Assembly (NCBI GenBank): GCA_951406725.2
Contig: OX597817.1
Span: forward strand, 102,672,001-102,736,000
Length of the DNA: 64,000 nt
From: Octopus vulgaris
Lineage: Eukaryota
Direction of reading: 5' to 3'
This document shows, in pieces, positions 12,837-25,470 of this stretch. The stretch's first letter is position 1, and every line of letters begins with the position of its first letter. The position numbers and the translations under genes are program-made. Under the pieces are notes generated by a model. That model had not been told where the DNA came from. It saw nothing but the letters and a program-made list of their open reading frames with translations, and ran no database searches.

Positions 12837-14507
12837 TCTATATATATAAAAGTGAAGTTGTGTGAGTGCCTGTCTCCTCCGATTTAGATTCCTAACTCCT
12901 CCCACATTTTGCGGTGCAGTTTAACCAAATTCGGGTATCTTATAGTCGTGATTCATATCGAGCCCGTCTGGGTATTAGCGCGCGTCTACGATGAGTCTAC
13001 GATTTAAAAAATAATTTACCATAATTTTTTTCCATTTTTTCGTGTGTCGATGGCGGCGGAGTTGGTGTCCATGCTCACACCTGCACCTGTGTTGCTTCTC
13101 CCCCTTCTTCCCTCCCTCGTGAAGCTGTGGGGAAGGGAGTGTAAGGAAATCAACGTCGTAAAGCGTTGTCAAGGAGACCAGCGTTCTTTTAGAACAACGA
13201 CTTCATGGCTTGAAGACACCAAAACAGAAATGGCTAAGAAAGCCCGAAAGCAAATTCTACAAAATCGGGAAACACGCCACACAGGGAAGGTTTCCCGTGC
13301 AAATAATTTGCACAACCGAATGTTATAGTTGTTGCACAACTTTTACTTAAAAATTATTATCCAAACACAAACTTTTGAAGGCAATATTGTATGGCGATGG
13401 TACTTGTGAAATATGGTAATGGATTTAGTAGCCAAAAGGAGAGAGCAGAGGCATAGTATGGTGGTGGTGGAGGCGGTGGTAGTGGCAGCGGTGGTGGTGG
13501 TGGTGGTGCTGGTAGTGGTGATGGTGGTCGTGGTCGTGGTGGTCGTCGTGTTTGTGGTGGTGGTGGTGGTGGTGGTGTTGTTGGTGGTGGTGGTGGTCGT
13601 GGTGGTGGGGGTGGTGATGATGGTGGTGGTGGTCGTCGTGGTGATGATGGTGGTCGTGGTGGTGGTCGTGGTGGTCTTCGTGATGGTGGTGGTGATGGTC
13701 ATGGGCGTAGTGGTGGTGGTGGTCATGGTGGTAGTGGTGATGGTGTTGGTCGTGGTGGTGGTGGTGGTGGTGGTGGTGGTGGCTGAAGCTGTCGTCTGGG
13801 TTCTTCCAATTTTTTCGTGTGTCGGTGGCGGCGTTGGCGTTCATGCTCGCACCTGCACCTGTGTAGCTCCTCCCCTTCTTCCCTCCCTCGTGAAGCTGTG
13901 GGGAAGGCAAGGTAGGGAAATCAACGTCGTAAAGCGTTGTCAAGGAGACCAGCGTTCTTTTAGAACAACGACTTCATGGCTTGAAGTCGTCAAAACAGAA
14001 ATCGCTAAAAAAGCTGAAACAGATCCACAAAAACGGCAAAAACCGCCACACAGGGGCAGGTTTCCTGTGCAAACAATTTGCACAACCGAATGTTTTAGTT
14101 GTTGCACAAATCTTTATATATAAAAGTGAAGTTGTGTGTCTGTCTCCTACGATTTAGATTCCTAACTACTCCCACATTTTGCGGTGCAGTTTAACCAAAA
14201 CCATGTATCTTATAGTCGTGATTCATATCGAGCCCTTCTGGGTATTAGCGCGCGTCTACGATGAGTCTACGATTTTAAAAAGAATTTACCATCATTTTTT
14301 CCATTTTAATGCATTTTTTCACTATTATATAAGGGAAGTAACTCTCTAAAAATGTCTACGATGAGTCAACGATTAAAAAAAAATTACCATCATTTTTTTA
14401 TTCCATTTTTAATGCATTTTTTTGCTATTTTTTTGCTATAACTCTCTAAAAATGCTTATATAGTTATTTCCCTTACAAACTCGAGCAACGCCGGGTGATA
14501 CTGCTAG
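12837..14507 (+). mobile_element. Composite non-autonomous Helitron (two 5' heads, one 3' end)
   Basis: A|TCTATATATATAAAAG at 12837 and A|TCTTTATATATAAAAG at 14111 with about 200 bp of shared head; 3' GC hairpin CTCGAGCAACGCCGGG then CTAG|T at 14504-14508. Confidence 0.8.
13455..13782. repeat. (GGT)n-like trinucleotide tract
   Basis: GGT/GGTCGT/GATGGT run; source of the poly-V, poly-T and poly-H ORFs. Confidence 0.95.
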
Positions 14508-15002
14508 TAAACTTTAAATTTAGATTAATACAGTGATTATTGCTAGACTACATAAAATAAAACCGTGGTGAAAATCTAGTTGTAATTGTTCTGTGATAAT
14601 CGACTGAGGACTTTGATTAATTATCTCTTAAACTCTTGTGAAACTATAAGAAAAACTAAAGGAATAGAAAAGAAATATCTATTTGTGTGCTTTTTTTGTT
14701 CTTCAATTCCAGTTTATTCTTTCTTTTTTCCGTTTTTTTTTGGGGGGGGGTCCCTTCAAACTATAATGAACACGGGTAAACGTATTTAGTGAGAAAAACA
14801 AGAAAACACAAACATAATAAAGTTATGGGGAAAAGATAACAACAAAAACAAAAATTTTGAAAGCGAATTATTAGAAGATAGGTAGATGATTATTGAAGGT
14901 AGGTAGATGATTTGGTAAGTGGTTGGTAAGTCAGGTAGAAAGAGGAAGAAATTGATATCGACAGGGAGTAGGAAACATAACAGCCTAAATAAAGAGAGGA
15001 GA

Positions 15003-15069
<67 letters not shown>

Positions 15070-15904
15070 GATAAAGTGTTTGTTTTTTGTTGTTGTTTGT
15101 TAAATGGAAACATGAGGAGTTACGAAGTTACTTTTCTAACAATCTAACTACAGAAATCTCTTCTGGTTAAACTGTTTGTCAAGAACATTTATTAACATCT
15201 GTTATGAATGAGAAGCGAAAACACTTTGTACTAAAATGTTTAGCCCTTCCTTTGTACACCCACCCTTCATACTTCATTTAACTCTATCCAACGGGGGAAT
15301 GATGAAATTTACCTTGTTTTTGCAGTTGCTGACAGATATATTTCAATATTTGTTTAGTGATGGTGGAAGGAAAGGCTGGAGCAGTGCTCGTGAGGAGAGT
15401 GAAAATATTGCCATTGAAATTTCATCCTGATAATGTCAGTTTGCCAACAAGAACATCCATGTTGTTGAAAGGAATATAGATATTTCTCAATATTAAAGAT
15501 AAGATATCAAACTAGACCAATTTCTGTTTTTTCATCAACATTAGAAACATATCTAAGTTCTATCAATAAGTCACATCTAGTTTGATCAATGGACATCCCT
15601 TCATTCACTTGTCTTCATAAGAAGAATTTACTTTCCTTTTTTTATGACTTTCTCCTAATCTTCCTCATATCAAAGTACAATTCATCGTTCAGTTCCTACT
15701 TCTTCGATTTCATTTGCGGAAATGACTTCATTCAGTTTTCCTTCGTTTATTTTTCTTCCGTTTGCCCTAATTTCTGTGAATTTCATTCAATATTTCCTAT
15801 TTCCTTCACTCTACATCTACATTTCTCTTACACTAACTCCACCATCAACTACCAACAATATCGAGAGTCAAAGACTTCATAGGTACTCCAACTGACATTT
15901 TTTT

Positions 15905-16100
15905 TCAGACCTTCTCAAGCCTAGCCAGGCTCATGGGCCCGGTTTCCCGGTTTCTGTAGCGTATGTGTTCCCCCAGCTGAACGGGACGCCAGTCCATCGC
16001 AGCGTTACTCAAGAAACAGGAAGAGAGAGTGAGAAAAAGTTGTGGCAAAAGAGTACAACAGGGGTCCGCTGTCCTAACCACTGGGCCATTACGCCTCCAC
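15905..16100 (-). mobile_element. SINE family C, partial
   Basis: Reverse complement matches 49070-49378 (GAAACCGGGAAACCGG, CCACAACTTT.TCTCACTCT). Confidence 0.75.
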
Positions 16101-18308
16101 CTCCAACTGACACAGCACACATGTTTTCTTCAACTCAAACCCTACCGAGGATAAAGTCATAGATTCCACTGTCTCGGTGAAAGAATGCATAATCTAAGGT
16201 GGAGAGTACCTGATTATAGATGTACTTGATCAAGATTGACCTGAACAAGAACAATGAGTAACATCATCGTCAACATCATCATTACGGCTTTCACCATCGA
16301 CAATACCTCCACCATCATCTCAATCGTTATTTTCACTACATGCTCAACAAAACATTTTTATTATTATCATCGACATCAACATCATCATGAACAACATCCG
16401 CACTAGACCTGTTAGAAACAGCAATCAAATCTTCATCATATCACAGCCTCCTTTCTGCTTTTTAGAAGTTGTACAGCACATTGTATAGTGCAGTCCATGG
16501 TAAATTGTGCCTGACAGAAAAAACAAAAAAAAACGTTGGGGTAGGATAATAATGACTGGATACTGTTTCATCACAGAACACTGTTCGATCGGAACTGACT
16601 TCGGGCTAAATAACAACACTGGCATAACCTACCACCACAACTTTTAACAGTAAGAACATCATCGTCATTTCCACCACACACACACACATTCAGCCCACCC
16701 CCAGTCAAGTTTGTATATTTGTTACTGTTCGTTATGTCTGTCTTTGTTCAACTTTCTGTTATAGTGAGGAGGAAAATAGTGTTGTAGTGGAGATGGCAGC
16801 GACAGGGAAGAGGGAGTGATTGGGGGCGGATAGTATAGATGATGATGATGGTGGTGGTAGTGGTGGCGGTGGCTGTGGCGGCAGTGAGGAATGGCTAGCG
16901 GTTGTGATGGTAGTGATAGTGATGATGAACTTGGTAATAGTGGTGGTACTATATATATATATATAGTACTTGTAATACTAATAATGTTGGTGGTAGAGAT
17001 GATGGTGGTGGTATTAGTACTGGTAGGGTGATGGTATTGATGCCGAAGATAGCAGCGGTAGAGCGGTGGTAGTGGTGATGGTGATGATGATGGTAATGGT
17101 AATGATGGCGGCGAACTGTGGTAGAGAGTGTGGTTGAATGGGTGGGATGTTTTAATAGATTGCTTTTCCTTCTGTTTACAAACTAAACACACTGTATTTG
17201 GAAAGACAACAGCTGTCAGTCAGAGGATAAATGCACTCATGAGTTCTAAAACTTTTCACCTAGTAGGCCTTACCCCCTCCTGCAACCATCTCAGCAATAA
17301 AAATAAGGAATTTTCTGCTTAATGTGTAATTAAAAGGTTGTGGAGAAATTAGCTAAGCAAAGACGAATTTCTTTTCAATATTGTCAGAAACAAACATTAT
17401 TGTTTACTTTTCATGTTTATAATTCTATTCACATAGATTTCTACATGAATGTGCTTCTTACTGGTAAACATGCTAGTCCATTTATTTTAGCAGCCACTGA
17501 AGCTGAAATAGAGAATAAATTACAATATATTTTATATTTGCTATACAGAATCAAGACAATATAATGCATACTATAGTTATTATTATTATTTAAACTTTCA
17601 TAAGCATAAGATGTTGCCCCGTCCGCGTCAATTATAATAACACAATTTTCTTTGATTAACTCTTATTTTCTGTGGTATTTTCTACCAAACTTCTAATAAA
17701 AGAATTCTGCAAAGTGAAGATTTTTTTCTATGAAATAATTTCTAGTGGAAAAATTATATCAAAAACGAAGTAAAAAATGAGTGGTTGTATACTGTCAACA
17801 TAACGTGACAGTACAGTAGAAAAACGAAAGAGGTGGTGGAAGGAACGAAGGAATAACAGATGTAGAGAGATAATTATTAACAAAGGAAGTCATTTGATAA
17901 GGCTTTGTCAGAGGAGGAAGGGTAGTGCCATGAACTTTATACCGGCTCTCCGAGGCTTAGGGTGTGGGGTATACCCGTGATTTGTTGTTTGATACAGAAG
18001 GAAACAGGACTTCTAGATATTGAGTTATCACCAGACCGGAGACTCGATTCCAATGTTTGCGACAAAATAAAGTGCGTTCAAGACAGCCAGGGATGCTTTG
18101 AGTTAATGTCTACCAATTTCACTTTAAAAGTTTGGGTCAACTCAAGACTCGGATAGAAATTTCTTTCAGAAAGTAGCACGCAGTGGTGTCGAACTCGGCC
18201 CCACATGATTGCCATGTAATGCTTTATATATTGAGCACTTTTTATTTTCGTTTGCATGTGTATGTATTTATATATTTATCTATACATATAAACACACACA
18301 CACACACA

Positions 18309-18471
18309 CAGGGCAGGCTCAAGGTAACGGCAATTCGGGAAGTCGCCCTGAGTGCCATGTATTAGGGCGCCAAGGATAGATGACAAAGACAAGGACATTT
18401 CCACGACCGCCAGCGTGTACACGCCGAAGTTCAACTTGCACGGGGCGCCAGCAATCCTAGAGCCGGTCCTG
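18309..18471. mobile_element. Short hAT-like MITE inserted in (CA)n
   Basis: Imperfect TIRs CAGGGCAGGCTCAAG / CTAGAGCCGGTCCTG. Confidence 0.55.
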
Positions 18472-18477
18472 TACACA

Positions 18478-18509
<32 letters not shown>

Positions 18510-18952
18510 TACACACACGCACATATATACAAACATGTATGTATCTTGTCTATTGTCGCTACTATTGGATCTAATTTCCACGGACATTCCGTGAGTATAG
18601 TGCAACAGATACAGTATATATAATGCATGATCTTTACCCTTATTCGAGGCATCAAGTGGAAGTCAAAGCAACAGTATAAGCGGATTCAGAGAGGATTACT
18701 TTGGACGGTAAACTTAACTTATTACAAAGGTTTGATCCGGAATGAAATCTCAACTATATTACAAGAAAAATTAAAGCTTGCAACGTTTACAATGGGAACA
18801 ATAGGTCAATAAAGAAGTAAATAGGTCAATTGGTTCAAACTGCTACTTCGTTAAATGCCCGGATATTGACTTTTTCATAGATCTAATATGATAATATGGT
18901 ATGACTAACAAGTGTTTGGCTCGATGATCTGCTCAGATGTAATACGCCATAA

Positions 18953-19317
18953 TCTATTATATAAAATCCGTTCTGTCTGTCTGTGTGTCTTCTAGGATCT
19001 CGGGCATCCTCCATCCGACTGCGCTCAAATTTGATATGTAGATACCGATGGTATCAGGGCGTGTATAAATTTGAAAAAATTACAAAAATCGATTCCAGGT
19101 GAGAATGCGATCGATAAAGCCGTGGGAACATGCACTTTTCTTTGGAATAGAAAAAAGTCTATCTTTATTTCTTCTTTTGCTGGTGTCTCAAATTTAGGTT
19201 AAATCAGTGTTTCTCAAAGGGGAGGCCCATGGGACGGTCGGACAAGTCGTTTTGAGAAAATTTGGTTTAAGTGTTTGACAACTCAGCACCGTCCATTGAA
19301 CGGGGAGCGTTTTGCTC

Positions 19318-19318
<1 letters not shown>
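18953..19318 (+). mobile_element. Non-autonomous Helitron-like element
   Basis: A|TCTATTATATAAAA start followed by (CTGT)n; 3' hairpin CCGTCCATTGAACGG and CTCG|T, a variant of CTRR. Confidence 0.55.
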
Positions 19319-19363
<45 letters not shown>

Positions 19364-19506
19364 GACTATTCAAACGAATGCTATATATTTATTATCATTT
19401 ATTTTCCAATGTATTTTTCTTCAATTAGTTTTATCCATACTGGACTGTTTGTTTCTTAATATGTTATATTCATTCAGAAAAATGGCTGTAATACTTGGCA
19501 CTGTAA

Positions 19507-19585
<79 letters not shown>

Positions 19586-19616
19586 TATATATTAAAAATG
19601 GGGAAGGCCGGTTTAT

Positions 19617-19677
19617 GGGATTACTTTAGGTTTCCCGTCCATAAAGGGTTTAGCTTTATGGCGTATCATCAGATCCC
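19617..19677 (-). ncRNA. Type I hammerhead ribozyme in the PLE left repeat
   Basis: Minus strand: GGGAT-CTGATGA-TACG CCATAAAG ctaaacc CTTTATGG ACGG-GAAA-CCTAAAG-TA-ATCCC; stem I GGGAT/ATCCC; GUA cleavage triplet. Confidence 0.75.
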
Positions 19678-19844
19678 CAAAACCTGTTGGCCTGTGGCCT
19701 CTTAAAAATATGGAAGAGGAATGCCAATGATTCTTTTCGCTCCCTGGCCAGAGTGTTTTACAGAGACCACGTGGTTTATATTAAATAACTAATCAGTAGG
19801 CTGCGCTTGTACATTTTTACGGAATCCACGATTCTCTCATAAAT

Positions 19845-22386
19845 ATGGAATGGTTTGACCTCGGCTACTCCACTAAAAATATACTCACGCCATCCAACGA
19901 GCTGTGCACTCGTAAGCTGCTGGAAAAGATAATGGACGTGATTAGGAGTATGAGATGGAAAACATTCTACCACGACTTAGCCTCACCATCTCCGGAGAGC
20001 AAGAACTTTGGAATTAGATCGAGTAAACACCCATCCAAAATCAAGGACCTCAAAACCCTTCGAGGCGGACCTACTGGGCCTCATTTCCAAACTGAAATTC
20101 TGTAAGCCCTCTTCCTCCTTCCAACACATGCTTCGGGCCGACATTAGATTGTTAAAAACTCAGATAGGTCCCTCATCTTCTCTGATAAGACGAACAACTT
20201 ATATAGGGTAGACACCTTAGATTACGATAGACTACTAGGAAATAATATCACACAAAATTATAGACGCGTTTCTCTACACACATATAGCGACATCAACAGT
20301 GAAGCCAAAAAATTAGCTAACGAACTAGTGATAACGGATAGGGTAGAGATCCTAGCTAAAAGAAACACCTTCATTTCCTTAAAAGATCATAAACCGAACT
20401 TTACCTCAAACCCTAAATGATCAATCCGGCCAAATCCGAGATCGGTCTGGCGGGCAAGCACATATTGAGAGTTATCAATAACGACATAAGGAGTGCCACC
20501 AACATTTCCCTGTGGCGCAACACCAACGAAGTGACCGCATGGTTTAATACCAACAAAGGAAGAGGCAAAGCAAGGTTCACTCAGTTAGATATAGTCTACT
20601 TTTACCCGTCTACATCAAAAGAATTACTGGCCAAGGCGCTTTCTTTCGCTAACATTAGCGACAGAGATATAGAAGTTATTATGTATGCCAGAAAGACAGT
20701 GCTATTCAACAAAGGTTCAGCATGGGTCAAGCAGTCCGACCCCAATGGGCTCGTTTGACGTAGTCATGGGAGCCTACGACAGCGCTGACGTATGTGGCCT
20801 CATCGAGTTGTATATCCTCGATACCCTTAGGAAAAAGTTCTCCACTGTCCCCTTTGGCCTCTACAGAGATGATGCCCTGGCTATCTCTATGGGAGTAAGC
20901 GGAAATACACTAGACAGGCTTAGAAAACATCTAATCAGCACGCTGGCCTCCATGGGATTGAAGATCACCATAGGAACCAACATCACAACCGCGGATTTCT
21001 TAGACGTCACGCTCGACTTGGGCTCCAATACAAACCAAATGAAAGGCTAACGAACATCAACACAGCCTCCTTCTACCCACCCATCATGTTCAAAAACCCG
21101 GTAAAGGGTGTTAGTAAGATCACGAACCTTTCTTCCAACCAAGAGATTTCCGACGCAGCGGCCCCCTACTATAACGAGGCCCTAGCTGCCAGCGGATTTA
21201 GAGACCGCATTTCCTACATGCTGGTACCCAACAACCACAGAAGGAAGCGCCGCAGAAATACCACTTGGTCCCCACCACCTCCTTCTTTCATCACTAGCTC
21301 CCATAGGTACGGGCCCATTTTCAACAGACACAACGTCAGAGTCTCGTTTAGCTGTGCCCCCAATATTAAGAGCATCCTAATTAGTGCCGCTAAGCCACAG
21401 GAAGAGGCAGGATGTTCATGCAGGGACGGCAACAGATGCCTGGTGGAAGGCCACTGCGAAACCAAAGGGGTCGTCTATCAAGCCGAAGTACTAGCAAACC
21501 CTGGCAATACCACCGGCAGAAGCAGTAGCAGCCGTAGACAAGAGAACAGAACCAGCAACACCGCTACCATTGCCACAGTTAATAGCATTAGCAACAATAG
21601 TAATAACAGCACCAGCAACAGCATTGACAATTACCCTGACGGCAACAACACTAACAACAGCAGCATCGTCATCAACACCAGCATTACCAACAGCTTCCCA
21701 AACGTCCACAGTAGTAGGCCTGACAACCCCTATAACAATAGCAACAGGTCCAGTGCCATCGCCAGCTAACGGCAATAACAGCAGCAGCAGCGACAATGGC
21801 CCTAGCAGAAACACCAGCAGAGCTACAGCTAATGACACCTGTAGTAGCAATGGCAACTTTCCCATCCGTGACGAGGACCACAATAATAACAACAACAGTG
21901 CCTTCACCATAACAGGCAGTGGCGATACCATTACCGACGCTACCACCACCTCCAGCGACGCCAACACCAGCAGTCATAGCTCCAACAACAACAATGTCAG
22001 CGGCAGCAGCAGCAACAACAAAGGCAATACCCGCAGGTACAGCACCGACAACACTCGCCCACGGAGACACAGTGGATGCTCCATGAACTCTTTTAAGCAA
22101 CATCTCTCCATCCACAGATCCTCCTTCAGAGTTGCGGAAAGGAGGTACGTAATATCACCGGCCAGCCACGTCTGGCATCTAAAAGACGATGGGATTCCAT
22201 ACTCGATCTCATGGAAAATCCTCGAGAACCCAAAACCCTACATCAACGGGACGAAGCGTTGCAAGTTATGCATAGATGGACACGCGAGAATCCTAAGACT
22301 CGCTCGAACCAGAGAACATCCTTAACTCCAGAACGGAGATTTTCGGGCCATGTTTACATATCAAGAGGTTCCTACTAGCCTTTTGA
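19845..22386 (+). pseudogene. PLE polyprotein (RT + CxCx5Cx5C linker + GIY-YIG endonuclease), multiply frameshifted
   Basis: YSTKNILTP..IRSMRWK; INPAKSEIG; LDIVYFYPS; DVVMGAYDSADVC; GLYRDDAL; DFLDVTLDL; CSCRDGNRCLVEGHC; VVYQAEV..HSGCSMNSFKQ..W.LK..ISWKIL..PY..KRCKLC; ends LNSRTEIFGPCLHIKRFLLAF*. Confidence 0.9.
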
Positions 22387-22517
22387 AGCCCACAAGATGG
22401 CGGCACAGCCGGAAGTCGATAGCTAATAAAAAGGGAGATAATCCCCAATTGTTACCTTTGAGTAGTGAGGCATTTCCTCCTCCATATTTTTAAGAGGTCA
22501 TGGGCGAACAGGTTTTG

Positions 22518-22578
22518 GGGATCTGACGATACGCTATAAAGCTAAACCCTGTATTGACGGGAAAACTAAGGTAATCCC
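22518..22578 (+). ncRNA. Type I hammerhead ribozyme in the PLE right repeat, more degenerate
   Basis: GGGAT-CTGACGA-stem II-GAAA-ACTAAGG-TA-ATCCC. Confidence 0.65.
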
Positions 22579-22946
22579 ATAAACCGGCTTTCCCCATTTT
22601 TAATATATACTGCTCTACATCTTAGAGTGTGCTTCTTTCGGATTTATGCTTTCTAGAAACAATATATATATAAATACATATTTGTTAAGTGTGTGCACGA
22701 ATGTTTCTGTTGCGTGTATCAGAGTACAGTTGTTTAAATCTTCATAAACAGAATCATATACAGGTACAATATCTTCTTTTTGGTATGTTTACAGCGTATG
22801 CATTCATCCACAAGCGTGAATATTAAAATATTAGCTCACCACGGTGTATGACATAAATTAACAGCATTCTACTTGTAATTACTTATTTTTGTATTTGGGT
22901 TGCAAGATTCTTGATGCGAATTCATGTATTGAAACAAATTTTGCAG

Positions 22947-23251
22947 TGTCTTGGCAGGGTCGTTACTCCAATAATACTAAACACATGCACTAGTTCAATA
23001 TCACTTCTTTACTGTTAGTAAATCGGTTAAATATGTAACTAGCTAAATGATCGGTTGTTTGTTTAATGTGTTGGCTAAACAATCAAAGACTCGAGACAGA
23101 CCTTGAAGAGTGTAAACATGTTATTGATGAGGTCACGAATAGCGACGAAACGACTTTGACAAATAAACAACCGATTAGTTAGTTGGTTAGATATTTAACT
23201 GAGAGTTGATTTTGAACCAGTGTATACGTTTATTATGACCCTCCAAAGACA
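22947..23251. mobile_element. Old MITE or foldback with long imperfect TIRs
   Basis: CACTAGTTCAATATCAC..GTTAAATAT.TAAC..ATCGGTTGTTTGTTT against AAATAAACAACCGAT..GTTAGATATTTAAC..GATTTTGAACCAGTG. Confidence 0.55.
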
Positions 23252-24399
23252 ACCATATTTCTAATTAAATTTTCTTACTTTAATTTTCGAATTTGCTTCT
23301 CTTGCCTTATTAAAAATTAATCATAGTGTTTATAATTTTTGCTCCTCGCAATGAGTATAGCGCAAATCAATTAAATTCATTGCATTAACAGTTTAACTCC
23401 GTTGTTACTATTGAAATGGTGTGTTGAAAATTTCATCACCAGAGAATTATATTACAATTATACCTCAGATGAGTTCATAAAATAGATGGTCAAGTGTACA
23501 TTGAAGGTTAGCAGTTTATAAATGTGCTGTATATGAGGCATAATTGATAATAAGTATGTTAACCACCACTTAACTGTTCTGTGTGCAGAAGTTACCCTCA
23601 CAAAATTTTCCAATATCATAATCATTGCCTTCAACATTCATCATATTCTAGCAGCATTAGTTATAATCAAAGTGTCAGATTCTCATAGTCTTCAGTGTTC
23701 TGATTCTACCTAGCGATGTTTAATGTAGATATGACTGTGAATATATTCAGTGCATTGGAAATTGGCAGAATGTATGGTGTATTATTTCTTTGTTGTTGTT
23801 GTTTGGCTAATGCCAAACCTGATAGAAAGCAAATCTATCATGAAAAGCATGGCTATTATACATGGGTCACATGGATTATATTAATTTAGGATGAACGAAA
23901 ATTGGTGCATTAAAAGTAATTACTCCGTAGTATTTATGTCAAACCAAGTTATTTTCCACGACACCAATATCTATTTTACACTTGGCATCTGACGAAATAA
24001 AATACTCAGGTTCATGCTACGGACTTAACCCTTAAAAATGGTACTCTGTCATGGCTACTGTGAAACAAATATCAGCCAATATGCAGATCGAAAAATCTCT
24101 CAATGACAACAAATTTAGCACAATTTATTTGAAGTTTCGGCATCAAATAGTTGTGGAGACGAATGTGTTACAAATGAAGTAACATCGACCACCTCGCCAA
24201 GGACAACACAGAGCTGATAAGGCATCTAAAACAAGAAAAAACGAAAAGACACTGCGTTAGCGGGAAAGGAGAAAAAATTATTTCTCCATAAACCACAAAA
24301 GAGTAGACTATTTGTGAAGACTACAACCATAATCTATCAGCAACACGTACCATATGATGTTAGTGGACGTCATTCTTAAAGCAATGCACAACTTTCAGT

Positions 24400-25470
24400 T
24401 GCATTTGGGAGTCCAAACGAAAAGCCAATGTTTGAGTAAATATTCTTTTCTCATCAACTGCAATTCGCCAGCAAGACTACAAAGTGCCTACATTTTCAGT
24501 GGCCCAGGACGTATTAGGTTTCAATATAAGGGCGATCTATCAGGATTGTAGGGGTAAGTCGGTGTTCCATGACTTGTGTAGCAGTCAAAGTAGAAACTTC
24601 ATCTTGTGGCTCTTGATGGGAGCAAGACGAGTAAACTTCTTGATGAATCTGGAGATCTTTTTTGAAACATCTCACTTATTAGTATTAGTGGGTGACTGGA
24701 ATGACATCTTAGATGCACTTTGGGATTGGGTGAGACTAATACTTTGGAAAAAAGCTTACAAAACCCTTTTAAGTTTCATCAGATGGTTTCAATTCTCTGA
24801 TACATTTCCATTAGATTATTCAACTGTTCCAGTATAGTCGTGAGCATATCACAGAGGGTCATTCAAGTTGTGCTTGTATTGTTATGAAGGTAATAGTTTC
24901 ATGTAGTTGATTTGTGACCCATGCAGTCAATCTATAGGGTGCACATAAAAGGAAACCCAATTACTGGAAGATGAAGCAGATTAGAGATATGGTCAAGAGA
25001 AATTGGTGGGAACAATTATAAACAAAAGATTGTTGTTGAGTTGTAAATAAAAATTAGAAAAGAAACAGTAAGGTGTAGCAAGAAATTAGCAGTCTAAAGC
25101 ATGAGATAGAAGTGGGTAGATAAATAGCTAAGTTATAAGAGGTTGTTAGAAAGGACTTTGCAGTTAAAGTGGTAGTGTTGAGAAAAGCTCTTGGTTAATT
25201 TTTTAGTGCAAAACTGGAAGGCTGTGTTTACCAGCACAAAGACACTAAAGATGTCCTATGAGCCTGGATGGAAAAGGCATGACATAGCAACTGATCCCAC
25301 AATACTGCAGTCTTTGATGAACAAAAGAGAATGTGAGTATTCATTTCCAAATCTGTGCATACAGATTTTCAGCATACCTTTCAGAATTGTTCAAGTCTCA
25401 AGGAATGGAGATGATGGGCTTGATGCCTGTCTCGAAAATCTTCAACAAAACACAGCGATTCCATAACAAA
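24400..25470 (+). mobile_element. Highly degenerate L1/Tx1-like LINE (APE endonuclease region)
   Basis: LVLVGDWNDILD matches the APE GD(F/W)N motif; downstream sequence is broken by many stops. Confidence 0.5.

Larger units (their letters stand above)
19585..22660 (+). mobile_element. Penelope-like retroelement (probably Hydra group), near full length, with inverted 5' pseudo-LTR, in (TA)n
   Basis: About 140-bp inverted repeats 19585-19725 / 22469-22609, each with an HHR; RT plus C-terminal GIY-YIG between them; TA runs on both flanks. The group assignment rests on my recall of the CxCx5Cx5C motif. Confidence 0.9.

Noticed and set aside
13343-14123. 236-aa poly-Val, poly-Thr and poly-His ORFs
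   Set aside because: Translations of a (GGT)n tract inside a Helitron; no domain content.
15130-15900. Possible host exon or pseudogene (Glu/Lys-rich minus-strand reading)
   Set aside because: Frequent stops in the frames I read and no recognisable domain or splice pattern.
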